Shown here: in pieces, positions 58,935 through 64,000 of the stretch | Layout of the letters: every line of letters starts with the position of its first letter | Numbering within the stretch: the stretch's first letter is position 1 | Assembly (NCBI GenBank): GCA_030429765.1 | Contig: JAUIER010000004.1 | Coordinates: 33,131 to 97,130 of the forward strand | Origin: a bacterium | Lineage (GTDB): Bacteria > Omnitrophota > Gorgyraeia > Zapsychrales > Zapsychraceae | Direction of reading: 5' to 3' | DNA: 64,000 nucleotides | Notes under the pieces: model-generated | What the model was told of the DNA's origin: nothing | The model's database searches: none | What the model saw: only the letters and a program-made list of their open reading frames with translations | Translations under genes and position numbers: made by a program

Positions 58935-59678
58935 CTAATACTTAACTTTCAGCAGGTACAGCCCGTGCGCCTTGGCGGCGACACCGGCCGCCCGGCGATC
59001 CTTATCCCGTAAAACCTTGAGAATATGAGACTTAGAACACCTTCCTTGCCCCACTTCAATCAGCAGCCCTACGATATTACGAACCATCTTGTACAGGAAG
59101 CCATCCGCGGTGATATCGATATGGATCTGTGCCCCTCTTCGGACAACTCGCAGATCATATACCGTACGGGTGGTGCTTTTACCCTGATTGGAACGATTGT
59201 TGGATGTAAAAGACTTGAAATCCCGAGTGCCGACAAACGCCTTAGCTGCGGACTTCATCGCCTCAACGTCCAGGGCTGAGGAAATCTGCGCCATCCCCCA
59301 CCGACGCGTCGGCGAGGGCAATTCCCGATTGAGAATGATATACCGATAAGTCTTGCGCTTGGCGGCATACTGCGCATGAAATGAATCGGCCACGCGATTC
59401 ACCCTCAATATCACGACATCATCAGCGAGCGTCGCATTCAAGGCATTTCGAATATCTTCGGGAGGCCGATCTATTTCCGTGTGAAAATTGGCCACCTGCC
59501 CCAAGGCGTGAACACCGGTATCAGTGCGGCCTGACCCGATCAATTTTATCTTTTCCCGAAATACTTTTTGGTACGCCTGAACAATTTCACCCTGGACAGT
59601 TCGCTCACCCTTACCCTGAACTTGCCACCCCTTGAAATTAGTTCCGTCATACTCTATCGTCAGCTTATAGTTCGCCAT
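58935..59678 (-). CDS. truA: tRNA pseudouridine(38-40) synthase
   Basis: 247 aa with the catalytic RTDTGVHA motif. Confidence 0.9.
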   Translation of the reverse strand: MANYKLTIEYDGTNFKGWQVQGKGERTVQGEIVQAYQKVFREKIKLIGSGRTDTGVHALGQVANFHTEIDRPPEDIRNALNATLADDVVILRVNRVADSFHAQYAAKRKTYRYIILNRELPSPTRRWGMAQISSALDVEAMKSAAKAFVGTRDFKSFTSNNRSNQGKSTTRTVYDLRVVRRGAQIHIDITADGFLYKMVRNIVGLLIEVGQGRCSKSHILKVLRDKDRRAAGVAAKAHGLYLLKVKY

Positions 59679-59710
59679 GGCCGCTGTACCACTTAAATCG
59701 TAAAAACAGA

Positions 59711-60712
59711 TTAGATCACTTTCTGACGCAACAGCTCTTCGGCAATCTGAACCGCATTCAACGCGGCCCCTTTTCGCAGATTATCCGATACAATCCACAT
59801 ATCCAGTCCGTTCTCGACGGTTTCATCCTCCCGAATGCGCCCCACATAGGTATCATCCTTACCCTGAGCATCCAGTGGCAGCGGATACTTCTGGTTAGCC
59901 AGATCATCAATTACCGTAACCCCGGGTGCCTTGGAGAGTAATTCAATAGCCTTGTCCCTTGTAATCTTTGACTCTGTCTCGATATTCACTGATTCAGAGT
60001 GCGCCCGCAGAACCGGCACACGGACACACGTTGCCGTGACCTTGATCTGATCGTCATGCATAATTTTCTTGGTCTCGTTAACCATCTTCATCTCTTCTTT
60101 CGTGTAAAGATTGTCCTGGGGCATATCGATCTGAGGGATCAGATTATGCATAATTTGATAAGGAAAAGCTGACACCGTCATGTCACCCTGACTTTGCGCA
60201 TGAAATTCATTAATGGCCGCCGATCCAGCCCCCGACACCGACTGATAAGTGGACACCACCACACGCTTAATGCGGGCAAAATCATGCAACGGCTTCAACG
60301 CGACCACCATCTGAATCGTTGAACAATTTGGATTGGCAATAATTCCATTCTGACGGTTCACATCTTCCGGATTAACCTCCGGAACAACCAATGGAATATC
60401 TGGATCCATCCTGAAGGCGCTGGTGTTATCGATAACGACACACCCCGCTTCAGCGGCCAGCGGAGCAATCACCTTGCTCACCGACGCCCCTGGAGAGAAT
60501 AATCCAATCTGCACGTCCTTAAATTTATCCCTGGCATTCGTCTCGTTTAATGCCTGATAAAAATGCCCGTCAATCTTTGTATCTTCGGTGAGGCTTGTTG
60601 AAAAAAGATGCAATTGATCCACGGGAAAATCCCGCTCCTGAAGAATTCTCAGCATTTCCTGGCCGACAGCCCCGCGTATCCCTACAATTCCCACATTATA
60701 TTTTTTCATCAT
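59711..60712 (-). CDS. asd: Aspartate-semialdehyde dehydrogenase
   Basis: 333 aa with an active-site NPNCSTIQ region and an SGAG motif. Confidence 0.9.
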   Translation of the reverse strand: MMKKYNVGIVGIRGAVGQEMLRILQERDFPVDQLHLFSTSLTEDTKIDGHFYQALNETNARDKFKDVQIGLFSPGASVSKVIAPLAAEAGCVVIDNTSAFRMDPDIPLVVPEVNPEDVNRQNGIIANPNCSTIQMVVALKPLHDFARIKRVVVSTYQSVSGAGSAAINEFHAQSQGDMTVSAFPYQIMHNLIPQIDMPQDNLYTKEEMKMVNETKKIMHDDQIKVTATCVRVPVLRAHSESVNIETESKITRDKAIELLSKAPGVTVIDDLANQKYPLPLDAQGKDDTYVGRIREDETVENGLDMWIVSDNLRKGAALNAVQIAEELLRQKVI

Positions 60713-60727
60713 TCAACCTCTATCCTT

Positions 60728-61834
60728 CTATGATTTAATCCCGTCAACAACCATATCGCCGATCTGACTGGTTGTGTATCCCATCTTCCCGACGAGCATT
60801 GATTTCATTTGCTTGATCACACCTTTGGTGGACGCCTCAATCGCGGCTGCTGCCTCAACTTCACCTAAATGATTCAGCATCATCACGGCGGTTAAAATGG
60901 TGGCTATCGGATTGATCACGCCCTGATTGGCAAAAGACGGCGCCGTTCCGTGCACCGGCTCAAACATACTGACACCGTCCGGATTAATGTTTCCACTTGG
61001 CGCCACTCCCATCCCGCCTTGCGTAACGGCCGCTAAATCAGTGATAATATCGCCAAACATATTGTTCGTCACAATCCCATTGAAACGTTTGGGATCCTCA
61101 ACCATGTAAATACATATGGCGTCGACGTGACAGTAATCCGGAACGATTTGAGGATACTCTTGGGCAACTTCGTCAAAAACACGCTGCCACAGATCAAACA
61201 CATATGTCAATACATTGGTTTTACCGCACAGCGTAAGCTTTGCGTAAAATCCCTGATCTTTTTGCTCAGGGGTCAGACCTTTCCACGGATTATTTTCATG
61301 ACGTTTTTTAAGCGCCTCGAAGGCGTAACGGATACAACGCTCGACCTGCTTGCGGGAGTATACCATTGACTGGATCGCGACTTCATCGGCCGTTCCTTTG
61401 TCTTTAAATTCTCCGACCCCAGTGTACAACCCTCCGGTGTTTTCTCTGAAAACGATAAAATCGATATCCTCCGGCCCTTTGCCCTTGAGCGGAGTCTCCA
61501 CATTTTCATACAATTTGACCGGGCGTAAGTTGATATACTGGTCCAGATCAAAACGCAGTTTAAGCAGGATTCCCTTCTCTAATATACCGGGTTTTACATC
61601 CGGATGACCGATTCCGCCTAGAAAAATGGCGTCATATTTAGCCAACTCACTGACTTCCTCGTCGGACAAAACTTCCTGAGTCTTTAAGTATCGCTCTCCG
61701 CCGAAATCAAATTTCTTGGTCTTGACCTTAAATGCGAATTTTTCCGAAGCCGCATCGATGACCTTCAGTCCTTCGCGGACAACTTCCGGTCCGATTCCGT
61801 CTCCCTCAACCACAGCTATATTGTATTCTTTCAT
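60728..61834 (-). CDS. leuB: 3-isopropylmalate dehydrogenase family (LeuB/TtuC-type isocitrate-isopropylmalate DH)
   Basis: 368 aa with [14 protein letters not shown] and GDIITDLAA. Its position adjacent to asd is a common leuB-asd pairing. Confidence 0.6.
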   Translation of the reverse strand: MKEYNIAVVEGDGIGPEVVREGLKVIDAASEKFAFKVKTKKFDFGGERYLKTQEVLSDEEVSELAKYDAIFLGGIGHPDVKPGILEKGILLKLRFDLDQYINLRPVKLYENVETPLKGKGPEDIDFIVFRENTGGLYTGVGEFKDKGTADEVAIQSMVYSRKQVERCIRYAFEALKKRHENNPWKGLTPEQKDQGFYAKLTLCGKTNVLTYVFDLWQRVFDEVAQEYPQIVPDYCHVDAICIYMVEDPKRFNGIVTNNMFGDIITDLAAVTQGGMGVAPSGNINPDGVSMFEPVHGTAPSFANQGVINPIATILTAVMMLNHLGEVEAAAAIEASTKGVIKQMKSMLVGKMGYTTSQIGDMVVDGIKS

Positions 61835-61945
61835 GCGTTCTTCCTTCCTAAGATATAAAACGTCCTGCTTTGATTTTTCAAACCCATAGACTACCGCATA
61901 CGAAGCAGAGTTTCAAGCCAATTGTTTTTGGGGATATCTGAAAAA

Positions 61946-63190
61946 TTATTCTTGAAACTTCTTCACCACAACACTGGCATTGTGGCCGCCGAATCCAAGT
62001 GAATTGGACATCGCGCTGTTGACAGTCAGTTTCCGGGCTTCATTGGGGACATAATCCAAATCACAATCCGGATCAGGATTTTCATAATTGATCGTTGGCG
62101 GGATAATATCATCGATTACGGCCATGACGCTGGCGGCAAACTCAACCCCGCCCGCTGCGCCGAGTAAATGACCCGTCATCGATTTAGTTGAGCTGATTGG
62201 TGTCTTGGACGCATATTCTTTGAACGCATTCTTGATCGCGAGCGTTTCGACCTTGTCATTTAGATGAGTTGATGTACCATGCGCATTGATGTAGGAAATA
62301 TCAGACGGCTTGAGTCCCGCATCCTGGATCGCCAGCAGCATCGCGCGTGTGGCCCCCATTCCAGATGATTCCGGAGCGGTGATATGATAAGCGTCCGATG
62401 TACGTCCGTATCCAGCCATCTCGGCGAGGATTGGAGCTCCCCGCTTTTTGGCATGTTCAAGCGTTTCCAAAACAGCCACACCGGCACCTTCGGCCATCAC
62501 AAATCCATCACGCTCCTTGTCAAACGGACGGGACGCCCGCTCGGGCTCATCGTTGCGCTGACTTAAAGCCTTAAGCGCGCAAAATCCGCCGACACCCAAG
62601 ACCGATGTCGCACTTTCTGTTCCGCCGGCAATAATGACATCCGCATCACCGTATTGTAAAAACCGATATGCGTCACCGATGGCGTTCGTTGCCGTCGAGC
62701 ATGCCGTGGCCACACATGTAGCCGGCCCCCTTGCGCCCACTTCGATAGACACCTGTCCGGCTGCCTCATTGATAATGATTTTCGGGATCAAATGGGGTGA
62801 TAAACGGCGTGGCCCGCGTTCCATAAATTTGTGGTACTCCTCTTCGGCCGTTCCGATACTTCCGATACCGGAACCGATCAGAACCCCCACGCGGTCACGG
62901 TCGACCTTGTCCATATCGAGCTTGGCATTTGCCACCGCTTCCCGACTGGCCACAGCCGCGAACTGTACAAATCTTGAGAGATTACGTGCTTCTTTCGTAG
63001 AGAAAAACTGCAGAGGATCGTAGTCATGCACATGACCGGATATCCGGCTGGTAAATTCAGCAACGTCAAAATGTGAAATGGCGGTAATGCCGCTCTTACC
63101 GGCGACGATCGATTTCCAGAAGGAATTTGTATCGACACCGACAGGAGAAATGACGCCTAACCCTGTGATGACAACTCGTTTTTTATCCAT
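61946..63190 (-). CDS. fabF: 3-oxoacyl-ACP synthase II
   Basis: 414 aa with an active-site Cys (ATACSTAT), HGTST and GHLLGAAG. Confidence 0.92.
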   Translation of the reverse strand: MDKKRVVITGLGVISPVGVDTNSFWKSIVAGKSGITAISHFDVAEFTSRISGHVHDYDPLQFFSTKEARNLSRFVQFAAVASREAVANAKLDMDKVDRDRVGVLIGSGIGSIGTAEEEYHKFMERGPRRLSPHLIPKIIINEAAGQVSIEVGARGPATCVATACSTATNAIGDAYRFLQYGDADVIIAGGTESATSVLGVGGFCALKALSQRNDEPERASRPFDKERDGFVMAEGAGVAVLETLEHAKKRGAPILAEMAGYGRTSDAYHITAPESSGMGATRAMLLAIQDAGLKPSDISYINAHGTSTHLNDKVETLAIKNAFKEYASKTPISSTKSMTGHLLGAAGGVEFAASVMAVIDDIIPPTINYENPDPDCDLDYVPNEARKLTVNSAMSNSLGFGGHNASVVVKKFQE

Positions 63191-63194
63191 GAGA

Positions 63195-63228
63195 CAAAAA
63201 TATAAGGCCTCGGCGCGAGCGCCGAGGC
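63195..63228 (-). terminator. GC-rich hairpin + T-run between acpP and fabF (terminator/attenuator)
   Basis: The stem is GCCTCGGCGC...GCGCCGAGGC, followed on the minus strand by CTTATATTTTTGT. Confidence 0.6.
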
Positions 63229-63278
63229 GACTTATGTGCTGAATATTTAGTTAGATGAGATGTAGAAAATACTGAAAA

Positions 63279-63521
63279 TTAAGCGGATGCGCCGCCCTTT
63301 TCATTGATATACTTGATGGCATCGCCGACTGTGGTCATCTTTTCGGCGTCTTCGTCTGGAATTTCAACACTGAACTCTTCTTCCAGCGCCATAATAAGCT
63401 CTACCGTGTCCAGAGAATCGGCACCCAAGTCATCGATGAACGATGCCTCTGGTGTAACTTCATCACCTTTAACACCTAGCTGATCGGCAATGATTGATTT
63501 GATTTTGTCTTCAACAGCCAT
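63279..63521 (-). CDS. acpP: Acyl carrier protein
   Basis: 80 aa with the phosphopantetheine site [11 protein letters not shown]. An AAGGAGGG RBS lies upstream. Confidence 0.95.
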   Translation of the reverse strand: MAVEDKIKSIIADQLGVKGDEVTPEASFIDDLGADSLDTVELIMALEEEFSVEIPDEDAEKMTTVGDAIKYINEKGGASA

Positions 63522-63552
63522 TTATAACCCTCCTTAAGGTTCCCCCAAATTT

Positions 63553-64000
63553 TTAAATCGCCATACCACCGTCAACGACGATTGTTTGTCCAGTTATATA
63601 ATTTGCTGCATCCGATGCCAAAAATAGACACGTGTGAGCAACATCACTTGGTCGACCAAATTTTCTGAGTGGAATTCGTTTAAGTAACTCTTCCTGAGCA
63701 GCGGACTTTAACTGAGCCGTCATATCCGTTTCGATGTATCCCGGCGCGACTGCGTTAACCGTTATACCCCGAGAGGCCAATTCCAGCGCGACCGACTTGG
63801 TGAATCCAATCATCCCTGCCTTGCTCGCCGCGTAGTTGGCTTGACCGATATTTCCGCTAATTCCAATGATCGAGGAAATGTTTATTATCTTTCCCTGCTT
63901 GGCTTTCAGCATAACCTTGGCGACGATTTTGGTGCAGTTAAAAACACCCTTGAGATTGACGTTAATGACATCATCCCAGTCGGATTCGCTCATTCGAAGG
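63553..64000 (-). CDS. fabG: 3-oxoacyl-ACP reductase (5' end beyond window)
   Basis: It is an SDR with a YAASKAG catalytic motif and [13 protein letters not shown]. The fabG-acpP-fabF order supports the call. Confidence 0.9.
   Translation of the reverse strand, partial: LRMSESDWDDVINVNLKGVFNCTKIVAKVMLKAKQGKIINISSIIGISGNIGQANYAASKAGMIGFTKSVALELASRGITVNAVAPGYIETDMTAQLKSAAQEELLKRIPLRKFGRPSDVAHTCLFLASDAANYITGQTIVVDGGMAI

Noticed and set aside
1-64000. Search for tRNA/rRNA genes, CRISPR arrays, IS elements, integrases or toxin-antitoxin pairs
   Set aside because: The intergenic regions are short (mostly under 150 bp) and contain no tRNA-like T-loop or acceptor structures. No direct-repeat arrays appear beyond the lysine-codon low-complexity region, and there are no transposase or integrase ORFs. 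The window is core-genome in character.

Overview
This 64 kb window is a dense, almost entirely minus-strand block of bacterial core genes from what appears to be a diderm (outer-membrane) bacterium. 60 of the 62 CDS called are on the minus strand.

Running from high to low coordinates, the window holds: fabG-acpP-fabF; leuB-asd; truA; rplM-rpsI; an eight-gene arginine operon (argC-J-B-D-F-G-H plus lysA); a lysine branch (SIMPL protein-dapF-dapA-dapB-DapL-like aminotransferase); folK-panC-nadX-like; a lysine-rich histone-H1-like protein; and uvrA.

Below uvrA comes a TPR/ExbB/ExbD/TonB-like operon. It abuts a complete T2SS/T4P-like apparatus: a PilM-PilN fusion, PilO-like, PilP-like, a secretin, a GspE ATPase, GspF, one major pilin and four minor pilins. 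Then follow rsmE; a plus-strand polytopic membrane protein; recA-recX-alaS; hisD-B-H-A-F with a TrpE-like gene; rpsP; yajC; a fused secDF; an N- and C-terminally shortened mfd; surA-pdxA-rsmA; a standalone PilZ protein (plus strand); a thioesterase; and gatC-gatA-gatB (gatB runs off the window edge).

I found no rRNA, tRNA, CRISPR array or mobile element. Several ORF-track start codons are non-ATG (TTG/GTG), and I re-anchored pdxA, uvrA, hisD, panC and some pilins to plausible internal ATG starts.

The most interesting observations are these:
- the Ton/Tol-like motor operon fused to the secretion/pilus cluster;
- a PilM-PilN (GspL-like) fusion;
- a histone-H1-like protein with a duplicated N-terminal module and its own strong RBS and terminator;
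- a truncated Mfd lacking the UvrA-recruiting and autoinhibitory modules;
- consensus sigma70 promoters with palindromic candidate operators upstream of recA and uvrA.
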